45,132 nucleotides of DNA. Source: Oscillibacter sp. ER4 (lineage in GTDB: Bacteria > Bacillota > Clostridia > Oscillospirales > Oscillospiraceae). The stretch is taken from positions 1 to 45,132 of the forward strand of contig CAVFND010000001.1 in assembly GCA_963623615.1 (NCBI GenBank), written 5' to 3'. This document shows positions 17,401 through 26,116 of the stretch, in pieces. The notes under the pieces are model-generated. The model was not told where the DNA came from, ran no database searches, and saw nothing but the letters and a program-made list of their open reading frames with translations. The translations under genes and the position numbers were made by a program. Within the stretch, counting starts at the first letter, position 1. Each line of letters starts with the position of its first letter.

Positions 17401-19815
17401 TTTCAGGTCGGTGGACTTATCGTCCGCCAGTTTGTAGGCTGAGCGCTCCGTCAGGCGCACAAGCCCGCCGTCCGTTGTCGGCAGCACGATATCGTTGCCC
17501 TTACGGATCTCGCTGTTGATGTAGTTTTGCAGCTGTACGCCCCATTGCTTCGGGTCGTCCCCTTCCAGAACCTGACGGTCAGCCTTAACGTAAGAACGCC
17601 CATCATCCAGCGTCTTGATCTCGAATCTCGACTTGCCGCCCTCACCGGCGGCATTCTGGCTGTTTTTCGCCGCCGCCTCAAACGCCTGCTGCAAAAGCCC
17701 CTCCGCCGTCTGCGCCTGCGTCTTGGCCTTGCCCGTCAGCTTGCCCACGATCTCGCGGATGGCGTCGCGCAGTTTTTCAAGCAGCGTGCGGTCTTCGCTG
17801 TGCCTGCGGATAAACTCGTTCAGCACGTCCGTGTTGGCGATCATCTCGCCCGCGTAGTTCGCCGCGGCCTCGTCCAGCGCTTCATCCATGCTGATCTCAA
17901 CGCCCATGCGGTTATACTGCTCGTGCAGAATGTTCGCCGCCTCGGCGACGTCGGTGTCTTCCATGATGGCGTTGCGGAACGCCGTGTACTGCTCAGGCGC
18001 GAGCTCCTGCACTCGGTGCGTCCACTCATGGCCGACGACCTGCATCACGGGGTCCTGCGCGTCCTTCGCAATGCGAATTTCGTTGCCCTCGATAACGCCG
18101 TTGGCCTTGCCGCCGAGCACTTCATCTGCCATGCGCACGCGCACGCCGAGAGCCTTTGCAACGGTGTTGATCTCGTCCGCTGTCGCGTTGTCCATGCTGC
18201 GCGAAACGTAGTCATCATAGACAAGGCCGCTGCCGCCGTCGCTCTCCTGTGCGAAGGTCTTCTTGCGCGCCTCGGTCTTCGCGTCGTTCTGTCCCGCGAC
18301 ATAGCCCGCGTAGGCCGTCTCATTCGTCGGGTTCGGATTCGCTTTGCCCTCTACGCCCGCGTTATAGGCGGGAATAAAGTCCTTCACGTGCTCCGCCGTG
18401 TCCTTGCCCTCCTGATACGAGCCGCGGATCGCCTTGCGCCCGCTCTCGCCGATCATACTGTCATAGCGGGCAAAGAGCCGGTCGGCGATGCCGTTCACGA
18501 TGTCCGCGTCGCTGCGTGTCTCCGTCTGCGTGTTCGGCAGCTCAGTACGACTACCATAATAGCGCCCGCCGCGGTTGCCGATGGCTTCCACGCCGCCGCC
18601 AAGCCCGCCGAGGATACCGCCGACGAGGAAGTCGTTCAGAATTTCCGATGCTTCCAGCTCGCTATAGCTCCCGCCGAGCGTCTTCCCGTTATAGATCATC
18701 TGCAAGGCCGGCTGAATCAGGTCTTCGATAGCCTCCTCGCCGCCCTCTTCGAGGAACGACAGCGCGATCTTGCCCGCCGCGCTGCTGTTAAGCCCCTGCA
18801 TTGTCCGCTCGATGACATCATCTAAGAAGCCTTTGCCGAACATCTTCTTGAACGGAGCCGCCGCGTTGCCGATCTTTTCGGTCGCCACACTGAGCGCGCC
18901 GCTCGCAAAGCCATAATTGACCTGCTGCTCGTGCGTTGCGCCCTGCCTGCGCGCCTCCTGCGCGCCACTGCCCATGCTGCGAATGGCCATAGGGAAAAGT
19001 GCTGTTCCAAACATAAAGGGCGATAATGCAATGTCTTCTGCCATTTGCGTGCCTGCAACACCCGCATCAACGGCAAGCTGCCCGACTTTGCCCAGCCCAC
19101 TTTTCGCCTTATTGATATCCTTTGCGCCACTGTCGGCCAGCCTGTCAGCGGCCTTGTAGATCGCGCCCGCCGTGCGTTCGACCTCGCCACCAACGCCGTA
19201 TGCCTGCTGATACGCCGCCTTGCGCGCTTCCAGATTGGTGATGACGGTGCGCGCCGTGTCGCGCTCGCTCTCGGTGCTGCTCGGGTCGTTCAGCACGTCG
19301 CGCTGCGCCTTGATATCCTGATCCCACAGCGCAATTTCTTTCTCAGCCTCGTCGCGGCGCTGCAAGCCGCTTCCGGTCTGCGCCAAACCGACGGCGTTCG
19401 TGAAACCCGCGCCGTAGGTCTTCGTTGCACCCTTGAGCGTATTCCCGACGCGCTGTGCGACCGTCGGCGTCTTCACGTCCTGCACGTGCTGGTTGAAGGC
19501 GTTCTCACTCTGGTAGTTCTTCGCTTCCTGCTGCTGCAAAGCGCCCTGCGCTAATCCCTGCGCAAGCGTGCTCTGGTTCTTCGGCGTCACGACATTCTGC
19601 TGCTGGCGGAACATCGGGGAAGACGCGCCCGTCTGCTTCGTCGTTCTCGTCTGCTGCGGTGTGCTCGCCTTCGGCGTCGTGCCGAATGGCTTTACCTGCT
19701 GCGTGCTCTCTGCCTTCGGAAACGTCACCTTGACACCGCTCGTTTTCTCCTGCGTAGGGGAAACCGGCGCAGTTTCCTTCTGCGCCGGTTTATTGTTGAA
19801 TGTGACTTTAACCAT
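11422..19815 (-). CDS. Large polyvalent virion/ejection protein (~2800 aa)
   Basis: Follows podoviral tail genes; HEWTH zincin motif; internal modules delimited by RFEI/RYSL/RYSL/FLSL linkers. Confidence 0.8.
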   Translation of the reverse strand: MVKVTFNNKPAQKETAPVSPTQEKTSGVKVTFPKAESTQQVKPFGTTPKASTPQQTRTTKQTGASSPMFRQQQNVVTPKNQSTLAQGLAQGALQQQEAKNYQSENAFNQHVQDVKTPTVAQRVGNTLKGATKTYGAGFTNAVGLAQTGSGLQRRDEAEKEIALWDQDIKAQRDVLNDPSSTESERDTARTVITNLEARKAAYQQAYGVGGEVERTAGAIYKAADRLADSGAKDINKAKSGLGKVGQLAVDAGVAGTQMAEDIALSPFMFGTALFPMAIRSMGSGAQEARRQGATHEQQVNYGFASGALSVATEKIGNAAAPFKKMFGKGFLDDVIERTMQGLNSSAAGKIALSFLEEGGEEAIEDLIQPALQMIYNGKTLGGSYSELEASEILNDFLVGGILGGLGGGVEAIGNRGGRYYGSRTELPNTQTETRSDADIVNGIADRLFARYDSMIGESGRKAIRGSYQEGKDTAEHVKDFIPAYNAGVEGKANPNPTNETAYAGYVAGQNDAKTEARKKTFAQESDGGSGLVYDDYVSRSMDNATADEINTVAKALGVRVRMADEVLGGKANGVIEGNEIRIAKDAQDPVMQVVGHEWTHRVQELAPEQYTAFRNAIMEDTDVAEAANILHEQYNRMGVEISMDEALDEAAANYAGEMIANTDVLNEFIRRHSEDRTLLEKLRDAIREIVGKLTGKAKTQAQTAEGLLQQAFEAAAKNSQNAAGEGGKSRFEIKTLDDGRSYVKADRQVLEGDDPKQWGVQLQNYINSEIRKGNDIVLPTTDGGLVRLTERSAYKLADDKSTDLKTHQKTQLSDEAYRLKETAASHIDEIILTGEFSHNMEDIGGVHENDIGEDGFNSYVSYFEDSDGQYYRVSFVSALNGNEETAYSIGNIQKRKKPTTGNGSSARESSALNGGRLSERSVPQSKENVNRVDHSARKGDDIKYDDARYSLRVTDKDTLDYLEKQKTLKTYKTMQVVDGKLYPPMAARVDGKYEDASELGAWEMAVERPDLVKDGKFKLDKGKGQGNVIAAYNPYMHSSNLVINDQFSGAYTRDNLVTVECEVPVSEDTSGYRAEGAKDSTGWHSWHTGTVAGQVRKARGIERKVFLSRWIKPVRIVPNSEVAQMYKELLGDSGISVPDNVVTPDLLKELRKAGVPISESGRLTKENSKKRYSLKEYTDEEKKQHRKDADEYFGHTYKWSETGYILTNGKKLDFSGRHEGGPGGYRTVDHRDIRDALGGDYGGSDYSGSMVQFMSEGNIRISPESGGINLSVMPTKNQLDSLSDFISHNRGEVILDLDTPDGQTVSSTEYPRGTHANKVLADIKAYFEDGTTPQVSSLAQFLSLKGTENAQELAALKRENETLRQRVDYWKGQTRRSDGVRTDSKGVQQAAKKLVKDYSAEIDSSEIAGDLASLYDYIARGGDETGELTYTEARSRADSIAERIAESSIAKDDEVYREYSELRKFLKDTKLTLSAEDAAGITDYADLRRGLFGKVNLVKGEHTNVDQVYSELAENYPEFFSETRENNVSDQISRIAEVANELYNVGEYNPFEGYMGQAVSAISNDIMERFFDLPQAKKTFADVQAEKLDAAKAAGRKAAADAKLAGQMAQGRADAVRLRHTQEALQKARTQQVEKLDALKDRYREKDATRREGQAKRELRAKIVRHSKELSKKLLRPTDTRHIPEDMRSSVAALLNSINQESAYTVDESGKRVYDGSGTPTQRTEAFRALQKQYGEILEGKDENGREMVVDEALVGTDGLLEQVIQMGDRRLSELTREELGTMWKTVRAVEHSVSTAGKVLSKSKFETTKQMADAFKTDVRTRRKKLGGNTAISLETPYTFFAHYGETGKALYRLLRNAQDSQEVMARDVAEKAQKVLGDELGADGVKEIFNKARHGNLREAWRGVRGSAIGKWEAETHDITVANGGKLTLTTPQVMELYLLSKRDQALGHLLGGGVYQPEIRSADTGLVKVKRGTQAVFLTEGDIERITGKLTDEQKRVADGLQELTATTLAKYGNEASMQAYGYRKFTDKNYWPIKSAREGLHSNLEKDSGNVRSIKNIGMAQQTQQKANNAVELHSVFDTFAAHASDMIDYAAWLAPMEDMNRFFNFQYRSDAGIKTGVTVKGLLDEKGGQGASQYWTKLMGDIQNGIGGKDFEPATGKAAKFVGKFKGASVGANIRVVIQQPTAFFRAAAVLDPKDMAKGMTGGVTKGSGWEKALKHSPIAMRKDVGSFDISSPYTLKERFYGKEGAASKLNDLAGAAAGKADAVTWGKLWNACEWQVKREKPDVRAGSNEFYSAVNEAFTDMIDQTQVVDGILQRSNIMRGRSDLSQQATAFMGEPIMSLNVLLRSYDAFRYEENPAKRNKARKAVGRAATALVVTNVVNALAQSVIDALRDDDRDKDYWEKFLSAFTGVEGDENGAAELIANVVLNGNVGSNMNIVGQIPFAKDILSIIQGYDVSRPDMEVFMDVIEAGQTFAKSMDGSGTKTRKEATISMLAAASKLFGLPVANLKRDVTALIRTVAQASGSLAYQYEVEKFSYNLANSSNKSRFISILYDTLEQGDYTTYEHIRRDLMEQMGLDGESIQSNLKTRYNKKTESEENYSLPQKSLDLLGIRGKYAYDSGEDEEKFSAASLDASAFSKYETQKSETYRAQADKATGSGAFSRLSDEGKDKALGYVESYAKAMALKDNSGGQYEITTKWIQNAQEAQKQYRIDPGVFAACKAAASECESLKDKNGDSIDYSKGLQVMEMLFRSGLNEQQRTAMYEYLDVPKKIRHWNRARVDEQLAIARKKAA

Positions 19816-21049
19816 CGATCGACCCTCCATAATTCGCTACGAGCTTGCGCACCTGTGCTTTCTGCGCCTCGCTCAGCTTGTCCCAGAAGGATTGGATTCC
19901 GCTGATTGCGTTGTCGGTCTTGCCCTGCGCCAGTAGCGAGCTTAGGCTGCTCATCGCGGCTCTGAAATAAGCGGGATTGTACTCGGATTCTCCGCCGCTT
20001 CCGCCGTTTTGACCTTCCAGCCAGTTTTCATAGTCGGAATAAAGCCCGCTCGACGACGTGAAGCCGTACTTCTGGTAATTGACCTTCTGCGCAAGCCAGC
20101 TCTTGGGATTGCCGCTTGCCTGTGCCGCGGCAAACAGGCCTTCATAGTCCATCGTGCCGGTGCTGCCAGAGCTGCTGCTTCTGCTGCCGCCGGTGCTGCC
20201 GGAGCTTCCGCTGCTTGCGGCCTTTGCTGCCGCCTGCTGCAGCTGATACTGCCATTCCGCATCATAGCGCGCGTCCTCGATGGCGTCGCGTTCCTTCTGA
20301 TAGTCATAGTTGAGCTTGCCCTGCTGCTTCTGATACGCCAGCGCATCCGCCGTCTGCTGGTCGCTCACCTGATCGCGCGCGAGCTGATAGAGGTAGTTGC
20401 GGTCGGTCAACCAGCGGTTGTAGTTATTGTCCTCAAGGCCAATGAGCGTGCTCAGATCGGCGCGGTCGGCGCTCAGGTCGTCCTGATACATACTGTAGGC
20501 GAGCTGCTGCAGCTCGGGGATCTTGTCCGTCATTTGGCTCATCTGGTAGTCGCTCGCCTGTTGGCTCGCCATCACCGCCGCCGTGGATGGCATTCCGCCC
20601 GTCATCACTGCCGCCTTGCCCAGCGCGTTTTCGGCGCTGCGGTCTGCCTCGCGCGTATACTGCTTGCGATACTGCTGGTAGAGCGGATCACTCGCCGCGT
20701 CGTAGCTGAATTTTTCGCGGTTCAGCAGCGCGTCGAGCTTTGCGCTGATCTGCCCGCTCGAATCGTAGGTATAGCTGCTGTCGCCCAGCTTATCGAGCCA
20801 GCTCGTGTCAGCCTTTGCGGGGCTTGCGCCCGTGCCGAGATTGATATACTCGCTGCCATCCACGCCGCCGGAGTAGTCGTACTTCGCACGGATCTTCTCA
20901 GCCGCGTCATGCGCCGCCTGCTGCCCCGCCTTGTCTCCTTCGGCATAGGCCTTGTTGTAGGCTTCGGTATACTGCCGGATGAGATCAAGGTCGCCCGAAT
21001 CGCTGATGAGCGTCAGGTCTGTGTTTTTGTGTTTGAAATTATCTGCCAT
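19808..21049 (-). CDS. Internal virion (ejection) protein
   Basis: FSYDAASDPLYQQY, Q/A-rich helices, S/G linker; position after the tail nozzle gene. Confidence 0.65.
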   Translation of the reverse strand: MADNFKHKNTDLTLISDSGDLDLIRQYTEAYNKAYAEGDKAGQQAAHDAAEKIRAKYDYSGGVDGSEYINLGTGASPAKADTSWLDKLGDSSYTYDSSGQISAKLDALLNREKFSYDAASDPLYQQYRKQYTREADRSAENALGKAAVMTGGMPSTAAVMASQQASDYQMSQMTDKIPELQQLAYSMYQDDLSADRADLSTLIGLEDNNYNRWLTDRNYLYQLARDQVSDQQTADALAYQKQQGKLNYDYQKERDAIEDARYDAEWQYQLQQAAAKAASSGSSGSTGGSRSSSSGSTGTMDYEGLFAAAQASGNPKSWLAQKVNYQKYGFTSSSGLYSDYENWLEGQNGGSGGESEYNPAYFRAAMSSLSSLLAQGKTDNAISGIQSFWDKLSEAQKAQVRKLVANYGGSIDG

Positions 21050-21056
21050 TGTCCCC

Positions 21057-22643
21057 TCACTTTCTGCCGCCCGTCACGTATTCGTATTCGAGCGCATAGA
21101 GCCGGTATTCTCCCGTGGCTTTGATTTTCAGCTTAAAGTGGTCGCAGCGGCGGATCGGGCAGTTGAGCGTGAAAACGTCCTTTTCCTGCGCCCCGCAGCG
21201 GTCGACCTCTTCCCACGCACCGCTATCAAACTTGACAAGGAACACGACCGTTGCGCCCTTCTCGCATTCCAGCCGCGCCCGCACGCGCTGCACGTGCTTT
21301 GCGTCGAACGAGCCGCCGTCATAGTCGGCAAACTCCGCCTCGCTGCTGACGGCTCCCTCGCGCGTCGCGCCGGTTGGGATGTCTGCCGGATTCCCCAGCA
21401 GCACGCATCCGCCATCCACTAAAGCCATGATACCGCCCGAATAGGCCATTTGCACCACGGCGAGCGCGTCTTCCTTGTGCCACACGCCGTTTTCGCTGCT
21501 GTAGCAATACAGCGCCGCCTTGCCGTCCTCTTTCAGGCTCACATAGTAGTTGAGGCCGTCACTGCCGCCCACGGCGTCAGAGAGCCGCACGTCGTCGCCC
21601 AGCGCGCGGGAGATGCACCGCGGCATGCCGCCGCTGTATGCCATGATGCCGACCTTCGAGAGGTAATAGAGCGTTTCGCCCGCTACGGCAAGGCTCTTAT
21701 GGCTGCCCTTCATCACGCCGAGCACCGCGCTCGACATGAGCTGGAAGTTCGTCGGGATCGTGCCGTACATCTTGAAGATTTTGTCCTCTTTGAAAAAGCA
21801 CGGATAGCCGAGGTAGCTCACGCACGCCGTGAACGCCCCCGCCGTGCCGCTCTCCACGCTGAACGCGTCCGTGGACAGCCCATCAAACACGTTCCAGTTG
21901 TACGGGTCACCGAGCTTTGAGGCAAAGATGCTGTCATCCTTGCAGCCCCACACGCGGTTTTCGTTCGTGCAGACAAAGTCCATGTCGGGCACGGTGCGCT
22001 TGAGCGTGACCTCGCCGGTCTCCGTGACGCTCGTGCTGCCCTCCGGCAGACGGAAGGTGTTCTCGTAAAAGCGCAGCGTCTTCTTGTCCTCGCTGATCTC
22101 ACGGATGATGGGCGTGCGGTTGTTGTATTCCTCCACCGTGCAGCCCTCGATCGTCACGGCGTCGCCCACGTTGAAAGGGAAGGCGTCGCCGCTCGTCGTG
22201 ATGCTGTTTGCCTCGGCGCTTTCGTCAGCATACGTGCCGTTGCCGAATTTCAGCCCCGCCGCAGCGTAGCTTGCCTCCATCGGCTTGATCGTGCCGTCCT
22301 TTTCGCACACGATCTTGTCGGGGAAGATGAGCACGCGCTCGCCCAGCGCGCAGAAGGTCTTTTCGCTGTCCGCGACCGTCGTCTTCTCCTCGCCGTCGAT
22401 GTAGAGCTTCGTGCCGTATACCTCGTAGAGCTTGCCCGCGCTGAAAATGCCGTTTGCCGTGCCCATCCCACTGCGGACGGTATAGCGCCGCGCGCGGGGA
22501 GCGAGCAGCGGATAGTATCTCGCCGACAGGTTTTTCATGTCGTACAGCTCGCCGCCCGCCGCGCCGAACGTGTGGTTGATGCCGCCGAATTTCTCCTGCT
22601 GCACGCGCCGGTTCGTATACGCCGTGATCTCAGGCAGTCTCAT
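21057..22643 (-). CDS. Podoviral tail nozzle/stabilisation protein (P22 gp10-like)
   Basis: FGGIN...MKNLS, NRVWG...SKLGDPYNW beta-propeller-type motifs; start trimmed to MRLPEIT. Confidence 0.7.
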   Translation of the reverse strand: MRLPEITAYTNRRVQQEKFGGINHTFGAAGGELYDMKNLSARYYPLLAPRARRYTVRSGMGTANGIFSAGKLYEVYGTKLYIDGEEKTTVADSEKTFCALGERVLIFPDKIVCEKDGTIKPMEASYAAAGLKFGNGTYADESAEANSITTSGDAFPFNVGDAVTIEGCTVEEYNNRTPIIREISEDKKTLRFYENTFRLPEGSTSVTETGEVTLKRTVPDMDFVCTNENRVWGCKDDSIFASKLGDPYNWNVFDGLSTDAFSVESGTAGAFTACVSYLGYPCFFKEDKIFKMYGTIPTNFQLMSSAVLGVMKGSHKSLAVAGETLYYLSKVGIMAYSGGMPRCISRALGDDVRLSDAVGGSDGLNYYVSLKEDGKAALYCYSSENGVWHKEDALAVVQMAYSGGIMALVDGGCVLLGNPADIPTGATREGAVSSEAEFADYDGGSFDAKHVQRVRARLECEKGATVVFLVKFDSGAWEEVDRCGAQEKDVFTLNCPIRRCDHFKLKIKATGEYRLYALEYEYVTGGRK

Positions 22644-22815
22644 CGGGGTCCTCGCTTTCCTTCTTCTCCGGCGCCTCCGAGCCATCGCAGATCATCGTAA
22701 TATTGCGCAGCGATTGCCGCACCGCCGCCACCACGTCGACGGCATCGCCGTTGACGTTCAAAAGGCCGACAAGGCGCATCGCGTGCGCCGCTTCCTGCTT
22801 GATCTTCTCTTTCAT
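22630..22815 (-). CDS. Small hypothetical protein
   Basis: GGAGG RBS; in-operon position. Confidence 0.65.
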   Translation of the reverse strand: MKEKIKQEAAHAMRLVGLLNVNGDAVDVVAAVRQSLRNITMICDGSEAPEKKESEDPDETA

Positions 22816-22821
22816 ATCCTT

Positions 22822-23301
22822 TTACCTCCAATTCGGGTATTGATAAGTCCCGTAGTTGCTGACCGGCCGGATCGACAGCCAGCTCGGGTACATGTATGAC
22901 CCGACGTTGACGATCGCGCGGTAGCGCTTCCAGTTCGGATAGGTATACGTCCCGACGTTGATGACCGCCTTTCCGCTGCCTCCGCTGCTGCCGCCGCTGT
23001 ACGTCGTCGCCGTGCCGGAATCGCTGTAATCCGATACGATCCACGAGCCGCCCCAGTAGTACATGTTGCAGATCCACTCGTATGCCGTGCCCGGCGACAA
23101 GCCTGTGATCGTGCCGACGAAAGTGCTCGCCCCGCCGCCGACCTCGCTCGAATCGAACGAGAATGTCCCGACGCCCGTGATGCGGATGTCGATCGAGCGC
23201 TGATAGGAATAATCCGACGCGCCGCCGGTAAAGCGGGCGTAGACGCTGAGTTGCGTCCCGTCTCCGTCGACCGGCGACAGCGTGCAATAAAAGCTCGCCA
23301 T
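22822..23301 (-). CDS. FN3/Ig-like virion protein with triple C-terminal repeat
   Basis: TITGLSPGTAY FN3 motif; three NxGxYxYPxW repeats. Confidence 0.65.
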   Translation of the reverse strand: MASFYCTLSPVDGDGTQLSVYARFTGGASDYSYQRSIDIRITGVGTFSFDSSEVGGGASTFVGTITGLSPGTAYEWICNMYYWGGSWIVSDYSDSGTATTYSGGSSGGSGKAVINVGTYTYPNWKRYRAIVNVGSYMYPSWLSIRPVSNYGTYQYPNWR

Positions 23302-23304
23302 GCC

Positions 23305-24210
23305 TTACTCCTCGATGAAGAACACCGTGCCATACGGCGCGTAGCTCGGCGCGGACGGTCCGAACATATAGTTGCCACTCAGCACCAGATAGCCGCCGCC
23401 GAGCGAGACGACGGGATAGCTGCTGTTGTCGTCACGGCCCGCCAGAATGAACGGGCCGAGTTCCGATTGGAGAAAGACGTTTCCCGCCGCTTGCATCTTC
23501 ATTCCACCGTAGGTCGTCGTCAGGCCGACGCCGATCTGCCCCGTGCCCGTGTAGGCAAGGTCCATGCTGCCGACAGGGGTATCCCCGACAAGAAGACTTA
23601 CACTCCCGCCTCGCAGCGCTCCCGCCGTCAGCGTGCCGTAGATGTTCACCGCGTCCACGCACAGGTCAACGCTGCCCGTGCTCGCCACCTGCACACCGTT
23701 GTAATTCAGCTTGAAGACCGTGCCGCTCTCGCCGCTCGTCGCGCCCAGCGTGAAGCCGGTCGCGCTCTGGTCAAAGATGCTCTGTGCCTCCTGCGCGTCG
23801 ATCTTCGTCGATACCGTCGTGCGGATGCCGTTGACGTCCGCTGTCAGGTTCGTCACGCTGCCGTTGAGGCTCGAAATGCTCGCCTGCAAGCCCTGCGCCG
23901 TTACGCCGAGTTGCGTGATATCTCCCTCTGCGTTGCTGAGACGGCCTGCAAGCCCTTCCGCCGTGATAGACAGTTCGTTCACATTCTTGTCCGTGTCCTC
24001 GATCTTGGCGTAGATCGGCTCGGAAATATTCTTGATAAACTCGCTCAGCGCGTTCTGGTTGATGTTGCTCCCATCCAGATTGAAGAGCGTATACCGCAGC
24101 TGTTCCAGCAGTACAAAGAGGTAGTCATAGACCCCATTGATCTGCTCCTGCGTGTCTTTGCCTTCTCCGTTCGGGAAGGTCGTCTCCACCAGCTGAAATG
24201 TCGTCGGCAC
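23305..24210 (-). CDS. Tail needle/fibre-like coiled-coil protein
   Basis: DYLFVLLEQLRYTLFNLD, heptad repeats, then a beta-rich C-terminus. Confidence 0.65.
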   Translation of the reverse strand: MPTTFQLVETTFPNGEGKDTQEQINGVYDYLFVLLEQLRYTLFNLDGSNINQNALSEFIKNISEPIYAKIEDTDKNVNELSITAEGLAGRLSNAEGDITQLGVTAQGLQASISSLNGSVTNLTADVNGIRTTVSTKIDAQEAQSIFDQSATGFTLGATSGESGTVFKLNYNGVQVASTGSVDLCVDAVNIYGTLTAGALRGGSVSLLVGDTPVGSMDLAYTGTGQIGVGLTTTYGGMKMQAAGNVFLQSELGPFILAGRDDNSSYPVVSLGGGYLVLSGNYMFGPSAPSYAPYGTVFFIEE

Positions 24211-24216
24211 TCGTCA

Positions 24217-24582
24217 TCACACCTTCCAGTTTCCCTTACTTTCTTTGCGGTTCTCGCGCCTCCACCATGCCATCGCGTCGGCCACCGCCTCGTTGGCGAT
24301 GGCGTGGTCGTTGGCGTAGAGCGCGCTGTCCTGATTGTATGCGTCGAGCTGCGCGGCCAGATACAGGTGGTAGCACTCGTTGTGCCCGTCCGGCAGCAGC
24401 AGTTCCATGTCCTCAACGCTCGCGGTGTCGTCCTCCACGCTCACCTTGAGGGCGGGGGCTTCCGCCCCCATCATCTCGGCGATTCGGTGCTCAAGCACCA
24501 TGAGGATTTCCGCCTTGCGCGGCGTGCTCAGTTTATTGGGCCGCAGCGCGTCCGCGTCGCGGATAGCTTTCAGCAGCTTCAT
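24217..24582 (-). CDS. Probable head-tail adaptor
   Basis: DALRPN...YLAAQLDAYNQD...YAN pattern; position. Confidence 0.55.
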   Translation of the reverse strand: MKLLKAIRDADALRPNKLSTPRKAEILMVLEHRIAEMMGAEAPALKVSVEDDTASVEDMELLLPDGHNECYHLYLAAQLDAYNQDSALYANDHAIANEAVADAMAWWRRENRKESKGNWKV

Positions 24583-24594
24583 GCTCTGCCCTCC

Positions 24595-24897
24595 TTACTC
24601 CGTCCATTCGACCCATTCTTCCATCCACACGTACACCTTGCCGTCCTTGCGGTAGAACGCGTTGTTGATGAGCGGCACGCCGTCCGCGTACTCGATGGGG
24701 CTTTCCTGCGTGCCCACGGGATTCTCCTGCACGATGTACTCCTTGCGCACCTCGATGCCGTTGACGGTGTAGACCGTCCAGTCGTAGCCCAGCTTGTCGC
24801 TCTGCCCCTGCGTCACGGTGATGCCGCCCGCCGCCTGTGCGGCCTTGCCGTCTCGGATCGCGCTCTTGATGGCGTTAAATTTCTCACTGTTCATCAT
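24595..24897 (-). CDS. Hypothetical tail-associated protein
   Basis: GTQESPIEY...YRKDGKVYVW aromatic module. Confidence 0.6.
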   Translation of the reverse strand: MMNSEKFNAIKSAIRDGKAAQAAGGITVTQGQSDKLGYDWTVYTVNGIEVRKEYIVQENPVGTQESPIEYADGVPLINNAFYRKDGKVYVWMEEWVEWTE

Positions 24898-25264
24898 ATG
24901 CCGCCTCCAATTCCGCGAGCTGTGCGCTCATCTGTTCCGCCTCTGTGGGCTTGCCCATCTTGATGGAGCAGGTACCGTCGCGGTAGTCCGTGATCTGCCC
25001 TGCGAGGCAATATGCGCTGTTGTCGTACTCGGTCACGGTCTCTTTGGTCTCGCCCGTGGGCTGACCCTGCTCGTCGTACACAGGCGAAGTCTCGCGCATG
25101 ACGATGCTCCACGGCGTGCCGCTCGGCAGCAGCGCCGCCACGGCGTCGTGGGACATGCTCAGATAGATGGTTTTGGTATCACGGCCGTTCCAGTTGCGGT
25201 CAGTGAGATTGCCGTTGACCGTAGCCGGGTACTCCGTGCCGTTGACTTTTACGTAGATGCTCAT
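24884..25264 (-). CDS. Hypothetical tail-fibre-associated protein
   Basis: AAGGAG RBS; in the fibre cluster. Confidence 0.65.
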   Translation of the reverse strand: MSIYVKVNGTEYPATVNGNLTDRNWNGRDTKTIYLSMSHDAVAALLPSGTPWSIVMRETSPVYDEQGQPTGETKETVTEYDNSAYCLAGQITDYRDGTCSIKMGKPTEAEQMSAQLAELEAAYDEQ

Positions 25265-25276
25265 AAATAAACTCCT

Positions 25277-26095
25277 TTATGCTGCAATGATGTTCATGCT
25301 TTCGTCGACGGATGCGTCAAACGGAAGAATTAAAGCAGGGCGAATGCCGATACTAAGCATTGGCGAACCACTTCCGGAGGCACCTGTCGAATCAATGTAA
25401 TAAACATTTGTCGTGTTGCGTTTACTTGGGGATCGAAGATGATATGCTTCGGCTTCCCCGTTCAATTGGGCGATTCTTTTCTTTTTTGCCGAAGTGCCTG
25501 TCCCGTAGGAAAAATAATCTAATTTGGTGCCGTCTACTGGTAAATAGTTTGCGGTAGCGGTACTATCACTATCTCGATACCCGGCTTCTCGTCCGCCAAG
25601 TAAAAAGGCTGTGCACGTCAAACCGTTCGCTCCGCTCTGATCTGTTCCAGCCGAGCCGCCACCTGCTCTATACGGAATCTTGACTTGCTTGAATAGCGAT
25701 CGGATGTCGCTATCAAACAGATTAAGAAAGTCTCCGTTAAGATAGTCGTTTATCGTGCTGGTTTCGTATGTGTTGAGCATTGTGGAGTGCCACGCACGTT
25801 TCTCGTAGATGTCCTTCATCAACAGCCACGTCCCGTTGCAGCTGTCATCATACATACTGCTCGGAAGCCCCTGATGCACCACAAGAAACGCTTTCCGCAC
25901 ACCGCCGACGTTCATGTAAACCGATGCGCCGACTGCTAACTCACTGATGGGGGTTCCGTTTTGAAATTTTATCTCTGTCTCCGTACCGTCGACACGTGTC
26001 CACCCCCCCCGAACCTCGTAGCCCGTGCCTTCAATGAGCGTCAGCCCGTGCTTGATGTCGTAGGCCGTGCCGTCGACTAAACATTTTTGTGCCAT
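25277..26095 (-). CDS. DUF6273-like receptor-binding/tail protein
   Basis: FLVVHQG, YETSTINDYLNGDFL and HLRSP...GIRPALIL motifs. Confidence 0.7.
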   Translation of the reverse strand: MAQKCLVDGTAYDIKHGLTLIEGTGYEVRGGWTRVDGTETEIKFQNGTPISELAVGASVYMNVGGVRKAFLVVHQGLPSSMYDDSCNGTWLLMKDIYEKRAWHSTMLNTYETSTINDYLNGDFLNLFDSDIRSLFKQVKIPYRAGGGSAGTDQSGANGLTCTAFLLGGREAGYRDSDSTATANYLPVDGTKLDYFSYGTGTSAKKKRIAQLNGEAEAYHLRSPSKRNTTNVYYIDSTGASGSGSPMLSIGIRPALILPFDASVDESMNIIAA

Positions 26096-26116
26096 GTGCG
26101 CCTCCTTACTGACAAA

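Noticed and set aside
25277..25500. Complete diversity-generating retroelement
   Set aside because: No reverse transcriptase, Avd or template repeat seen in the genome
26003..26010. G8 tract in the DUF6273-like gene as a phase-variation site
   Set aside because: The gene is in frame and such a run can arise by chance at this GC content; it needs read-level evidence
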